From Mytilus edulis (Eukaryota): a DNA stretch of 64,000 nucleotides. This document shows positions 1 to 13,088 of this stretch, one piece after another (the first letter of the stretch is position 1; each line of letters begins with the position of its first letter). The notes beneath the pieces are model-generated. The model was given only the letters and a program-made list of their open reading frames with translations, ran no database searches and had not been told where the DNA came from. The stretch covers positions 20,460,001 through 20,524,000 of the forward strand of contig NC_092351.1 of the NCBI RefSeq assembly GCF_963676685.1. The letters run 5' to 3'. The position numbers and the translations under genes were made by a program.

Positions 1-195
1 ACATTGACCCCCATATATTTTTTGCTTTTTTGATTCCTCAATTAATACCCTATCAATATATACTAGTCTTATGGAAATCTATTTATTTTGAAACTGAGCA
101 GCGAACTTCCTTAACAAAGTCTTTTTTAATTGTTTTGCCATGCATATTACAATTTCTACTCCCATTTTAAAGTTTTTTGTAATATTTTTACTAAC

Positions 196-2526
196 CTTCC
201 ATTTTACAATCACAAGTTTGAATGGTCTGTAATATTTTTTGTAGTTCTTTAACAAAAGCTGAAGCATCTGTTCCATCAGAGAAGTCTGGCTCTGTGACTA
301 TCTCCATCAGACCTGTTCCTACAAACAAACATATACTGTGGATTCATTTATTTTCGTGGGTATCATTTTTTTATGGATTAAGGGAAATTAACATGTTTGT
401 GGATATTTAATTTTGTGGTTTTGCTGCAGTCTGCATGCAAGCTTTAAGAAAATTTATTATTCGTTGAACATCTAATTTCAAGGTTCATCTGTACCAACTA
501 ATTTCTCAATAATTGGTATAAAACGAATAGTATTGAATCCACAATACTTACTGGAAAAAAGTGATTTAATAAAATTCACACATGAATGTACCCATCTGCC
601 CATATATATATATTTAACAATTCACATACTGCAAGCTAGCTTGAGCTAGAGAACAAAACCAGAGGTGAAAATGCTACAAGAATATATAATTTGTATCTCT
701 TCTTTCAAGGGGAAAAATGACAAACAACAGATTAAGACATTTAAAATTCAAGTAAGAAAGAAAAATAGAATTTTTAACCCAACAAGAAAATTATCTTTTT
801 ATCTACATATTTTTAAAGTAGATATATGCATGCTCCAATTTTACAGATCTACCAAAAAAGTAACTTTGAAAATGTAAAGACATTTTCAATACAGTGTAAC
901 CTGCCTAATCTGACACCTGAGTATTACCCTGCTTTGACTGACACATTAACATGGTTCCAAAATATGTCTATCTTTGCAGAAATGACCTCAGTATTCTGAC
1001 ACCCTGCTTAATTTGACATTTCTTCTGGTCCCCAGTGTGTCGGTTAACACAGGTTACATTGTACTATGTAATGAGGCTGTGTTTCAAAAAGATTACTTAC
1101 CACATCTGTTTAAATCAATTAAACTAATCCTGTCTTTTTCATCATGGAGACTTTTCCCGCTGTCCTGCTCTAGCTGTATCTGTGTAATATTTGCTGTTTT
1201 TGTTTCAAAGCTATTTTTATCACTGATGCAATAATCAACATGGCCTTTAACAGCTAAGGGTTGTCTTTGTTGAGTAATCTGATAACCTGCCTGGAAATGA
1301 AATAACCAAAATTTATTGGAAAATTTCAAACAGAGTCCTGACAGAGAGAATATTTAAAAAAAAAAATTAACTACATTTTGTTGCTGAAGTGAACATCATC
1401 AGTGTAAACAATAATTTTAAAATTAAACTTTTTTTAATTTAATAATAAATCATATACTAAAGTTTCATAATTTCCTGAGTAGAAACTTTTTCTTGAAACT
1501 CAACCCATCCAAATATGAGTGAACAAACTTAAGGCCAAAAAAAGCATGGAGGGCAGTATGTTCAACTTTCTTATTTTAAATAATTCTATACTTACAGGTA
1601 AATCTGCATAGAAATAATGTTTCCGATCAAACTTTGATACTTTGTTGACAGTACATCTCAAGGCCAGTGCTGTCAATACACCAGCTTCTACACAACCTTT
1701 GTTTAGTACCTATAAAATATATAGAAAGATTTATGTTCATTCAATGTCATGGACATCAATTTTGTTGAATGATATAAAATAAGATTTCCATGGATAGATT
1801 CATACATATTTCATTTTAAAGTTACTAGTGAAACTTTGAGCTATCCCTCCCTAATGATACCCCCTTCGTAAGTGGATAATTTTAATAGTGTAAAAATATG
1901 CAAGTGTTTGGGTAAATAGGAAGTTGCTGATTGATGAATCTGAAAAGGCATCACACAGTTTACAATGTAGCTGACTTATATAAACCCTGAAACCAAATTT
2001 CAAGAAATCCTTGTAATATAGTTCTTGAGAAAAATGTGATAAAATTAAAAAAATTTCAACTTGAATGTCACATGAAAAAATATGTAAGTGTTCAGTAAAC
2101 AGGAATTAAGTTGTTGAGTGATGAATCTGAAAATGCATCACATATTATCATGATTAAAGCTGACTCATAAAAACCCTAAAAAAAATTTCAGAAATCCTTG
2201 TAATGTAGTTCCTAAGTGGAGGGACTTAAAATATTCATGGGATGGTTGATGGAAAAGGAAATGAAGACAACAACCCAACAACATAATAATATACTAAAAT
2301 CTAAATAAAGGAATGATACAGGTCATGCATGTAGTTCACAGAAAAATCATACTGGATTCCTTTATTAAAACTTACTGGTAGGGTACCAGGAAAAGCAGCA
2401 TCAAACAGTGACACCTGTGTATTGGTTGGACCACCAAATTTGTTTTCTGCTCCTGAGAAGAGTTTACTCTCTGTATTTATCTGGGCATGGATTTCAAGTC
2501 CAACAACACTCTTCCATGGCTTAGAC
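196..2526 (-). CDS. GATB: Glutamyl-tRNA(Gln) amidotransferase subunit B, mitochondrial; partial (internal coding exons; gene continues beyond the left edge)
   Basis: Minus-strand exons 2526-2376 (151 nt; [24 protein letters not shown]...PGTLP), 1709-1596 (114 nt; [10 protein letters not shown]...[12 protein letters not shown]), 1290-1101 (190 nt; [11 protein letters not shown]...[13 protein letters not shown]...IDLNRC) and 318-196 (123 nt; [16 protein letters not shown]...CKME). All have GT-AG boundaries and consistent phase. Motifs [31 protein letters not shown] and EIVTEPD are GatB signatures. Confidence 0.96.
336..544. mobile_element. Tc1/mariner-type MITE (TA-flanked) in a GATB intron
   Basis: TA|CTGTGGATTCA ... 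TGAATCCACAA|TA terminal inverted repeats. A related diverged copy lies at ~51130-51288. Confidence 0.65.
892..1061. mobile_element. Tc1/mariner-type MITE
   Basis: TA|CAGTGTAACCTG ... CAGGTTACATTG|TA inverted termini with a TA target duplication. Confidence 0.7.
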
Positions 2527-3533
2527 CTACAATATTTTAAATACTGTTTGGATGCGAAAAACATCTAATGGGCCTTACATCATGTACATCCACCAGATAT
2601 ATAGATGTTGGGTCTCTCTAGCTAATATTGACAAAAAATGCAAGAAAAAGAATTAAGCAAGAAGAAGAATAATCACGTTTAGAAACAAGAAAACAATTTT
2701 AGTGTCAAGAAATCCAACAATTACGTCATATCTTGAATTTAAATAGATTGAAGAAAAAAGGTGTATAATTATTTTCTTTAATAAATAATGTTACATGCAG
2801 TTATAACATGAATTAAGTGATTTTTCATTTTTTTCATTATACTGATAGATAAAGAAATTAAACATTTAAAAAAAACAACTAAAGGATTGTATAGTTTTTG
2901 AAATCTTTGTTTCTAGACCCCACAACATGTATGTGAGAGATCCAATTTTGATAAAAAAATAAAAAAAAATAAAGGCATTTAAACTTCCAAGGACTTCAAA
3001 GATCACTGTATGTTTTAGCCCCTTTTGACTTAACTAAAAGATCGCATGATAAACAAGCATTCTGTGTGTATTGGCTATTGCATAACAATACATGTACATA
3101 GTCCCTTACCAGTCAAAAAATCATTGTACTGGAACAAAATTCCAACTTGATCTATAACTTGTTATTGTGTAAACTATACAGAAAAATATCAAATCAATAT
3201 CTTCAAGCATTACGGAAAGTGTTGAATATTTAAGTGAATTTTCTAGGTCCAAGGACCATAACTCTGCAGAAAATCAATATACTCATGATACTGAACAAAA
3301 TTCGAACTCGATCTGTTACTGCAGGTATTGATAAAATTATATACCAATTTTCTAATCAATATCTTCAAGCATGATGGAAAAAAGGGGGCAAAAATGATTA
3401 TTTCAGTGGATTTTATAAGTCATAGGACCATAATATGAGGCAGGCATCACCTGTAAATGGGGAAGAAGTCTGTTTGAATAATTTTTTTGTAACTTAAATA
3501 TTTGAACAAAAAAGGAACGGAAATACCGTAACG

Positions 3534-6162
3534 CAGTGTTCTCCCCAAAAATTTTGGATAGCATCACATTTTGCGTAAAAAAAAAATAACTATTTTTTTT
3601 AATGTCATTTGTCGCGTCGCGTTGATGCTCTATTTCCTTTATATGTTTTAGTTTATATTTTTCAATTCATAACTGAGAATACAATTAAACTATAACAACA
3701 AAAACAGTTGTTTCAGTTTATGTTTTCTTTATTCATTTATAGTTACAGAATTATTTTTTTCCTCTTGTGCCAAACTAGAGGCTCTAAAGAGCCTGTGTCG
3801 CTCACCTTGGTCCATGTGAATATTAAACAATGGACACAGATGGATTCATGACAAAATTGTGTTTTGGTGATGGTGATTTGTTTGTAGATCTTACTTTACT
3901 AAACATTCTTGCTGCTTACAATTATCTCTATCTAGAACAGTACTTTCTGTGGAAAATATTATTGAAAATCTTCAAATTTTAAGAAAATTGTTAAAAATTA
4001 ACTATGAAGGGCAATAACTCCTTAGGGGGTCAATTGACTATTTTGGACATAGTGACTTATTTTTAGTTCTTACTTTGCTGTACATTATTGCTGTTTACAG
4101 TTTATCTCTATCTATAATAATATTCAAGATAATAACAAAAAAACAGAAAAATTTCCTCAAAATTACCAATTCAGGGGCAGCAACCTAACAACCGATTATC
4201 CGATTCATCTGAAAATTCCAGGGCAGATAGATCGTGACCTGATCAACAATTTTACTACCTGTCAGATTTGCTCTTAATGCTTTGGTTTTTGAGTTATAAG
4301 CCAAAAACTGCATTTTATCCCTATGTTCTATTTTTAGCCATGGGGGCCATCTTGGTTAGTTGGCAGGGTCACCGGACGCATTTTTAAAACTAGATACCCC
4401 AATGATGATTATGGCCATGTTTGGTTAAATTTGGCCCAGTAGTTTCAGAGGAGAAGATTTTTCTAAAAGATTACTAAGATTTACGAAAAATGGTTAAAAA
4501 TTGACTATAAAGGGCAATAACTCCTAAAGTGGTCAACTGACCATTATGGTCATGTTAACTTATTTGTAGATCTTACTTTGCTGAACATTATTGCTGTGTA
4601 CAGTTTATCTCTATCTATAATAATATTCAAGATAATAACCAAAAACAGCAAAATTTCCTTAAAATTACCATTTCAGGGGCAGCAACCCAACAACGAAATG
4701 TCCGATTCATCTGAAAATTTCAGGGCAGATAGATCTTGACCTGATGAACAATTTTACTCTTGTCAGATTTGCTCTAAATGCTTTGGTTTTTGAGTTATAA
4801 GCCAAAAACTGCATTTTACCCCTATGTTCTATTTTTAGCCATGGCGGCCATTTTGGTTGGTTGGCTGGGTCATTGGACACATTTTTTAAGCTAGGTACCC
4901 CAATGATGATTGTGGCCAAGTTTGGTTAAATTTGGCCCAGTAGTTTCTGAGGAGAAGATTTTTGTAAAAGTTAACGCAGGTCGACGATGACGGACGACGA
5001 CGACGCCGCCGGACACGGGACGCCAAGTGATGAGAAAAGCTCACTTGGCCTTTCGGCCAGGTGAGCTAATAAAAATAAATATGTGCTTTCAGTTACCCAA
5101 CACTGACACTAAGTCAAATGAATGAATGGTTCATCATAGTGCAACCTGTATATATACAAAACTAATTATCTATTACACAAAATTAACTATTTTTTTATTA
5201 TATTGTATTAAGTAAAGATAAAGTAGCAAAAGTAGCAAAAAAAATATCAATTTAAAAACTTTTTTTTATCATGTTTATGAAATTCATTGTTTCATGGCAC
5301 TCAATGAATTAGTCCCTGTTGTTTCTTATCTTTACATCAAAATGATATGTATTTTTAACAAAGTTATCTAACAAATTGTCTATTAATGCGTAGTTTTCTC
5401 TATTGGTATATTTTTTCTGTCTACTGTCCGTCTGTTGTCATTATCGTGAAAATGCGGATTTTTGTCATATCTGGTCCGGTTCCGATCCGTAGTTTACACA
5501 AAAATGTGCAAAGGCGGCCGTAGAAAAATTTACGAAAATGAGTCCGAGAATAAACGTTGTTAGACAAGAGATTGTGAATGAATAAGACGCTTTTAATGCA
5601 TTAAATGCATTAAACATAAACTTAAGCCAATTATGATAACTTTTTAAAGAAGTATAAAACTTATTTTAGCTCAAAACCAAAATTCTCGCTCTCGTATTAC
5701 CGGAAGAGAAAAAAAGTATTTTTTGGAGAGTTGCACAAATAAACGACCTTTTAAAAAAAAATCGTTTTAATCTTTGAAATTTCGTAAAACAAAACATAGA
5801 TTTCGAATTGTTTTTGAGATTGCATTTTTCCATGTCGAAATTGGTGATTGCAGACACGTGGTATTAGTCATGTCACGAGTGTCAGCTTGGGATATTCGCA
5901 TCCAAACAGTTATCACCCTGAGGGCAATTAACACCTGGCTATTTAATCTCTTAATTGCCTTTAGTGTCCGACTTAAAGGGATTACAATTAAAGGTGATAT
6001 AATTTTTATGATCATAATCGATAATAGATGAAAGTTCAAAATTGAGGACAAGTAAAATAGCATCTTCAAAATAATTATAGTGTCGCGAGAATAATTATAG
6101 CGTCGCAGGAATTATTATAGCATCACGGTGAAAAAATATAGCGTCGCCTGGGGAGAACACTG
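3534..6162. mobile_element. Non-autonomous hAT-like DNA transposon (hosts a nested element)
   Basis: TIR CAGTGTTCTCCCC (3534) / GGGGAGAACACTG (ends 6162). Flanks CCGTAACG and (T)CAGTGACG resemble a degenerate 8-bp TSD. The element interrupts a copy of the MITE seen intact at 10591-11162. Confidence 0.65.
3773..5069. mobile_element. Helentron-associated (HINE/DINE-1-like) non-autonomous element
   Basis: Starts AACTAGAGGCTCTAAAGAGCC, has two ~500-bp internal repeats and a (GAC/GACG)n microsatellite, and ends in the hairpin AGCTCACTTGGCC-TTTC-GGCCAGGTGAGCT. Inserted in an A-rich site. Confidence 0.7.
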
Positions 6163-6293
6163 TCAGTGACGGTAACGTTTTCGATTTTGGTTCTGTTGTT
6201 AGGGATTTTAGTTGTGACGTTATTTAAGTTATGAAGTCATATGCAATGTAAATAAGGACATCAGGTAACGTTTTTTCATATGAAGGAATTATT

Positions 6294-7540
6294 AACAAGA
6301 GGCTGTCACAACGACAGCAAACCGGATTTATTAACATTTATTTGTGTCCTGGCAATATCACAAGAACCATTACTGATAAATGGTGAAAGTGAAAATCGTC
6401 AATATCAAATTTGACCTCCATTTTGTCATCAGTATCAACATATTAAAATTTGAAAAGCTTAGATTGAATGGTTCATGAGTAAATGCAACAACGTGAATGG
6501 AAACGCCATTTTACGATCTTTCAAGAACCATAACTCCTGAACGGTAAAAGTCAAAATTGTCATTATTGAACTTGACCTCTATTTTGTCATCAGTAACAAC
6601 ATATTAAAATTTCAAAAGCTTTGGTTGAATGGTTCATGAGAAAATGCACGGACACGACGGGAAACACCATTTTTCAATCTTTCAAGAACCATTACTCCTG
6701 AACAGTAAAAGTCAAAATCATCATTATTGAACTTGACCTCCATTTTGTCATTAGTAACAGCATATTAAAATTTCAGAAGCTTTGGTAGAACAGTTCATGC
6801 ATTAAACGCATGGACACGACTGGAAACTCCATTTTTTCAATCTTTCAAGAACCTTAACTCCTGAACGGTAAAAGTCAAAATCGTCATTATTTAACTTGAC
6901 CTCCATTTTGTCATCAGTAACAGCATATTAAAATTTCAGAATCTTTGGTAGAACAGTTCATGCATAAATGCACGGACACGACTGGAAACTCCATTTTTCA
7001 ATCTTTTTTTAAGAACCATAACTCCTGAAGGGTAAAAGTCAAATTCGTCATTATTGAACTTGACCTCCATTCTGTCATTAGTAACAACATATTAAAATTT
7101 GGGAAGCTTTGGTAGAACAGTTCAAGCGTAAATACACGGACACGACTGGAAACTCCATTTTTCAATCTTTCAAGAACCATAACTCCTGAACGGTAAAAGT
7201 CAAATTCGTCATTATTGAACTTGACCTCCATTCTGTCATTAGTAACAACATATTAAAATTTGGGAAGCTTTGGTAGAACAGTTCATGCGTAAATGCACGG
7301 ACACGACTGGAAACTCCATTTTTCAATCTTTCAAGAACCATAACTCCTGAACGGTAAAAGTCAAAATTGCCATTATTGAACTTGACCTTCGTATAGTTGT
7401 CAGTAATAACATATTAAAATTTTAAAAGCTTTGGTTGAACGGTTCATGAGTTAATGCACGGACAACATTTGACTGCCGCCCGCCCGCCGTACATCCCCAA
7501 ATCAATAACCGACATTTTTGTCACAAAAATCCGGTTAAAA
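6294..7540. mobile_element. HINE-like element with ~7 internal ~161-bp tandem repeats
   Basis: Starts AACAAGAGGCTGTC. The unit AAAAGTCAAAAT..CATTATTGAACTTGACCTCC..CATAACTCCTGAACGGT recurs at ~161-bp spacing (about 6546, 6707, 6869, 7033, 7195, 7355). A GCCC microsatellite and terminal stem-loop lie near 7475-7537. Confidence 0.75.
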
Positions 7541-8350
7541 ATGAAATTGGTATTGCGTTCCTTCCTATTTTATACAAGACTGATAGATATATATTTTACT
7601 CAAAGTTTCATACAAACGAGACCAGAAAAAGGAAGTACATTGTAGATTTCTGGGCAGATGCGTGAATTCAAAACATGACATCCAAAAAATTGAACGATTG
7701 TGAGTTCATTAGTACAATGAAAATTTCGGGATTTTCTCCGATTTTTTTTTAATTTTTTTTTTTTATTGATTTTTCTACTGTTATTGGGGACTTCGTCCCC
7801 ATGATAATCCTGCAAAAATTCATCAGATCAGAACAAAAAATAATCTTAATTAGTTACATGTACATGAATCTTTTAAAATCGGTTTAATTTGATATTATTA
7901 CTTGCTTCTTAAATTTTCATATATACACCAAAGCTTTATTTTAAATGGTTTTAAGTATTTTAAAATTTCAATTTCTGTTTTGCATTGTAAAAGATTATTT
8001 CAAAATTTCATATAGGTACATCTGTCATCATGGTCATGTCTGTATTTTTCAAATTCAGTAAAATTTTATTCTTTAAAATTTGCTTTACATTTGATCATAG
8101 TTTTTAATTTTAATCATGTTTTTCTTTTTCAGCGACTGTACAGTTTTATTCCTTCAGTGTGCATTTAATTTGTAATGTTTATTATGTATACAATGTATTA
8201 ATGATTATTTTTTAATAAATACAAATTATAAATAATATTTTCCATTCTTTTCACTGACATAAATGACCTAATACACAAAATCCCAATATTACCGATAATT
8301 TCCATATATAAATCATGTTTCATTCCCAATATGATATTATAAAACCAGAT

Positions 8351-8801
8351 GGTCCGAGACCACAATTGTCGTCCCTTGATTTTCGTTGTTCACGAATATA
8401 GTCCCTAGTGTTAACAGTGGGTTACTTGCCAATAATTTTTATACCTCTTCCAAATTTATTTCTCCATGTTTAATGCCTCAAATTGTAAGTAGGGGGGTGA
8501 AATTACACTGTAAAAAAATTTGGGTCCAGAATTTTACAGAAAAGTAGTGATTTGGTCCAGCTGAAAAAGGTTAAAAATTAGCACTTCGGAAGCTGTCAAA
8601 AGATTTCAAGACACCCTAAACACAAAATTGTCCATATTTTGAGTTAGAGGCGATGAAGTTTTCTATAATTTTGATATAATTTGTCCCAAAAGTAGTACAA
8701 CACACTGTAAAAATTTCATTGAGAAAGCGCAGGTGGGAATTTTTTAATTTTCATTTATGTTCTAAAAGAAATGCACTACGAATTAATTGTGTTCTCGGAC
8801 C
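8351..8801. mobile_element. 451-bp MITE, copy 1 (TIR GGTCCGAGA.CACAATT)
   Basis: Termini GGTCCGAGACCACAATT / AATTGTGTTCTCGGACC. By eye, identical to 10100-10550. Confidence 0.85.
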
Positions 8802-10099
8802 TAAGAGGTGAAGTCTGTAAATATAGAATCTGTACTTTGGCATCTTCCCTAAATGATTTGGTGGTGTCAATTTGTCAAATTGCATGAAACTAAAGGATTT
8901 AAACTTTTATTTAATAGAATATCTGCAAAAATGACCAATTTTGGCATTTTATGGTCAAAATAGGCATTTCAAGGCTTTTTTAATACTGATGCATACATGG
9001 CATCCTGACTTTCTATCTGACAGGCTTTCATGTGTCAATACTTGTGTTTCTATGCCTTTATCTAGTTCTTTTACTTGTTTTTGAACTCAGAATCTACAGA
9101 AAAGAAGATTATCTCAGACAATATGTACAAAATGTGTTGTATAAATGACCCTTGTCTAACGCCCTGTTTGGATGAAGTCAAAAGTGGGGTTCTTGGTACA
9201 TAAAATTTGAAGTCCACAATAAAGACCTCACTAAATTTGTATCAAAAGCACTTTACAATGTCTATTGTACCTGTTCCATCTCACATAATATCTTTCTTTT
9301 CTTCTGTAGGATAGCAAGTGGTTTAAATATAAGCCTGTTGAGACTAAAATTACAATCAAGTTTTTCATTAAAAAGGCAAAAATCTTTGTATCAGACCATA
9401 CTGTCTGTAAGAAAAGTTAATTGCAAGAGCCTTTTTGTGCTCAGATTTGTTGTATCATATCACATGAGTATAGAAATGATAAAAAAGACACAATTTTTTA
9501 TTTCTTATAGCCTCAATATGCATTTTTTAATGTAAATATGTGGCACGGCCTAAATTGACCCTTATTTTTTTCCAGTCTTACTTGGCTTAAGACCCTTTTA
9601 AACTAATATGATATGTTATTTGTGACTTTTCTTTCCATTTAAAGTACATTCAATACATTATGTAAGGATTATTTATAACCAAAAAGCTTCACAAATTTAA
9701 AATTGCTGGAAAATATTACATCTTCATGTAAGGCCCCCTTTCATTGAAAAACCTCAATTTTTAGGCCCAGGCTGATATAAATTTGACTTTTGAATAATTA
9801 TGCTAACTCTGATAAATCAAATGAGTACTCTATTGCTTTTAGTACATAATAAATGATATATTAGGGCATTTAAAAAGTATTTTTTTGCAATATTTTAATT
9901 TTCAAAGCCCAAAATGTTGATAGTTGAAATTATTCAATTTTAACGTCAAAATTTAACAGGCAAAGATGAGTATAGAATTTAACATATTGTCTATAATATA
10001 TATCCTATTGTTACGAAACTTTGCAAGTAGTGTTATAATTTATTAAGCTTTGGTCATACCAAGTTTTTTTAAGATTTGTCAACTCTTTCTATCCTATTA

Positions 10100-10550
10100 G
10101 GTCCGAGACCACAATTGTCGTCCCTTGATTTTCGTTGTTCACGAATATAGTCCCTAGTGTTAACAGTGGGTTACTTGCCAATAATTTTTATACCTCTTCC
10201 AAATTTATTTCTCCATGTTTAATGCCTCAAATTGTAAGTAGGGGGGTGAAATTACACTGTAAAAAAATTTGGGTCCAGAATTTTACAGAAAAGTAGTGAT
10301 TTGGTCCAGCTGAAAAAGGTTAAAAATTAGCACTTCGGAAGCTGTCAAAAGATTTCAAGACACCCTAAACACAAAATTGTCCATATTTTGAGTTAGAGGC
10401 GATGAAGTTTTCTATAATTTTGATATAATTTGTCCCAAAAGTAGTACAACACACTGTAAAAATTTCATTGAGAAAGCGCAGGTGGGAATTTTTTAATTTT
10501 CATTTATGTTCTAAAAGAAATGCACTACGAATTAATTGTGTTCTCGGACC
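10100..10550. mobile_element. 451-bp MITE, copy 2 (direct orientation)
   Basis: Same 451-bp sequence as 8351-8801. Confidence 0.85.
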
Positions 10551-10590
10551 AGATGTGGGGAAGCTTAGCCTATAATAGTCCAAATAATTA

Positions 10591-11162
10591 TGACGTCTGG
10601 CAAGGCTATTTTATTCATATTATGGGGACGAAGTCCCCAATTACGGTAGAAAAATCAATTAAAAAAAAAAAAAAAAAAAAATCGGGAAAATTTCCAGAAT
10701 TTTGCATTCTACTAATGAACTCAAAATCGTTACCTTTTTTTTTCAGATCTACTTCCTGTTCCGGTTTTCTCCGCTTTTGCGCAGATATCTGTCTTGTTTG
10801 CATGAGACTTTGAAAAAAATTATATTTATCAGTCTAGTAAAATATAAGATTGGATCTCAATACAAATTCAATTTTAATAATTGTTTGATATGAAAAAACG
10901 TTACCTGATGAAAGCGTTTCTTTTGTTTACATCGAATATGAGGTCATAACTTAAAGAACGTCACAGCTAATTCCCTAACAACAGAATCAAAATCGGGAAC
11001 ATTACGTACGGTATTTCGGTTTCTTTTATCAACGTGATTGAATTAAAAAAATAATACATGCAGACTTCGTCCCCATTCACAGGTTATGCCTGCCTCATAT
11101 TATTTATTAAGTTGTAGGAAGGCGTCCCAGAAAAAAAATTAAAATAGCCTTGCCAGACGCCA
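10591..11162. mobile_element. MITE with 22-bp TIR
   Basis: TGACGTCTGGCAAGGCTATTTT / AAAATAGCCTTGCCAGACGCCA (21/22 complementary). An inverted, fragmented homolog is at ~3431-3533 + 6163-6293 + 7541-7806. Confidence 0.8.
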
Positions 11163-11236
11163 AACCCCCCTTTTTATGCTGGGTTGGGAACCCTCCTTTT
11201 TAAAATGGCTGGATCCGCCCATGTTTTGATAGTTTT

Positions 11237-12354
11237 AGGGCACAAATTTTTTATTTATGCTGACAAGAATTTTTTTTAATTTCAGAATTCTATTTTTTTT
11301 TATCATGTTTTAGGGATTTTAAACAGCATTTTTTCATTTGAATACAATTTGATATTGTCCAACCATTCACACTGTTAAAAATGGGTTTTAATCATTTAAT
11401 TTTGTGTGTTGTATATGCATGGTTTAGTCTGAACTGTCTCATAAAACATATTTTTTTTAGGTGACACTGACAGTGTAAACAGCTATTTTTGGCTTTAACA
11501 ATCCTTAAAAAAATATATCAAACAGTGTAATTAAAACATAAATATGCTTGAGATGTTTTTACTTTAAGTTACTGCTTGATCTCTTAAAATTGAAGGTTAA
11601 ATATCGTCTTTTACAAAGTTGACAAATATGTGAAGAAATTTTGTGCATGGAGGCTGCCATTGATCAGGGGAGATAACTAGTCACAAGAAGTTCTAGCTTT
11701 TTAAAAAGCTTGTTCGACTATATGATGTTGGCCACCTCCGAAAGAATGTTTATAAGCCCAAGCTGCTTTTTTAAGTTAGAGTGGGGTGCTAATTTTCGCC
11801 ATAACTTTCCATGTTTTCTGCAGTTTATGTCCAGGTCTTTATGTTTATGATGAATACTGATACTTTATGAAGATAACATCAAAATCAAAATATTCTAAGC
11901 TTGAAAAAAAATCATCTAAAAAATTGGATTAAAGGCTATTTGAAATTTCCTGATGTTTTTTTCAAAGGGGGACACATTTTCTTCGTTTTTACACATCTAT
12001 TTAAAACCAAATATCTTTTGCAGCTTTAAACAATATTTATCAAATCGATTTCATTATAGATGAATAGCAGACATTTCAAATGTGTAAAGAATTGAAATTT
12101 AGGGCAATCAGTCAAAGAATTGCTAAGAAATACTTCTTTGAAATCATTTTTTCATTCAGGAAATTGGCCAAAAATCATTGTCTGTTTTTCTGTCCTTTGC
12201 CAGCCGGTAAGTGCCGATATTTTGTCAAAGTTTAAAAAATAATCACATTTGTTATAAATATAACTTACCGGCATATTTCTTCCATTTCACGCATCCTTTG
12301 AAGTCTTTATACCTCAGAATGTCCAGAATCATAAAACGGCGAAATTGTGTGCCC
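11237..12354. mobile_element. Putative non-autonomous DNA transposon (GGGCAC termini)
   Basis: TTA|GGGCACAAATTT ... AAATTGTGTGCCC|TAA inverted ends. Confidence 0.45.
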
Positions 12355-13088
12355 TAAAATCTTTTTTTTTTAAATCTTTATAATTTTTTTTATTTTTTGA
12401 AAGAAAAATTATGCCAATCTTAAGTGTACGGAACATCTAGAGAGAACCATTCCCCGCCAAATTTCACAAAGCTTATATCTAAAATACAAGGAGATATTTT
12501 TTTTCTGATTTTTTTAAAAAAGGTCTGTTACTTATAAACTTTCAATTTATATCTGTACCAGATAAGCGTGTAATTTCAAAAGAGAAAGTGTAGCAAACAT
12601 TCTTTAATTTAGCATTATTAAATGTCGTAGTAGTATGTCTCTAGAAAAAATGACAAGTTCTCGTTTTGGCCGTATATATATAATGCGTAAACAAATGATA
12701 TAAAAACAGTATAGTCTTTTTAAAAGTTATAATAACCATCTATAAGTATCAAAATATTTCTATATTAAACAAACCCAACCATGGACGATACGTCTTTACA
12801 AAGTATGGCCTTTTTTGTACTATGGCCGTTTCATCTTCTCGGGGTATGGCCGTGTCATCCTATGGACGTCATGGCAGTATGGCCGTTACGTCCTGCATCG
12901 GTTTAATGACTCCAGGGTTGCGTTCAATTTTGTAGCAGCTACATAGATCTTCATAGGGCTATGAAGAATTTTGACTAATGAAAGTGTAGCTAGCCTACCT
13001 GCTAAATAGATATAGATATAGATCTATAGATAACAGATATGCTAGCTACACAAATAGAGTCGATGAAACATGTATTGTTTGTAACGGA

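Noticed and set aside
4707-7231. ORFs within HINE-like elements (70-100 aa)
   Set aside because: They lie in tandem-repeat or non-autonomous element sequence, with no transposase, Rep or helicase motifs.
8351-10550. LTR retrotransposon or TRIM interpretation of the 451-bp direct repeats
   Set aside because: The repeats have GG...CC TIR ends rather than TG...CA, and I saw no primer-binding site or polypurine tract at the inner boundaries.
12269-12332. Minus-strand exon with a perfect CCG|GTAAGT donor as GATB exon 1
   Set aside because: The longer frame (MILDILRYK...) is phase 1 and incompatible with exon 2. The phase-2 frame gives only acidic MREMEEIC with an upstream stop, and the site lies inside a putative transposon end. 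Not fully excluded.
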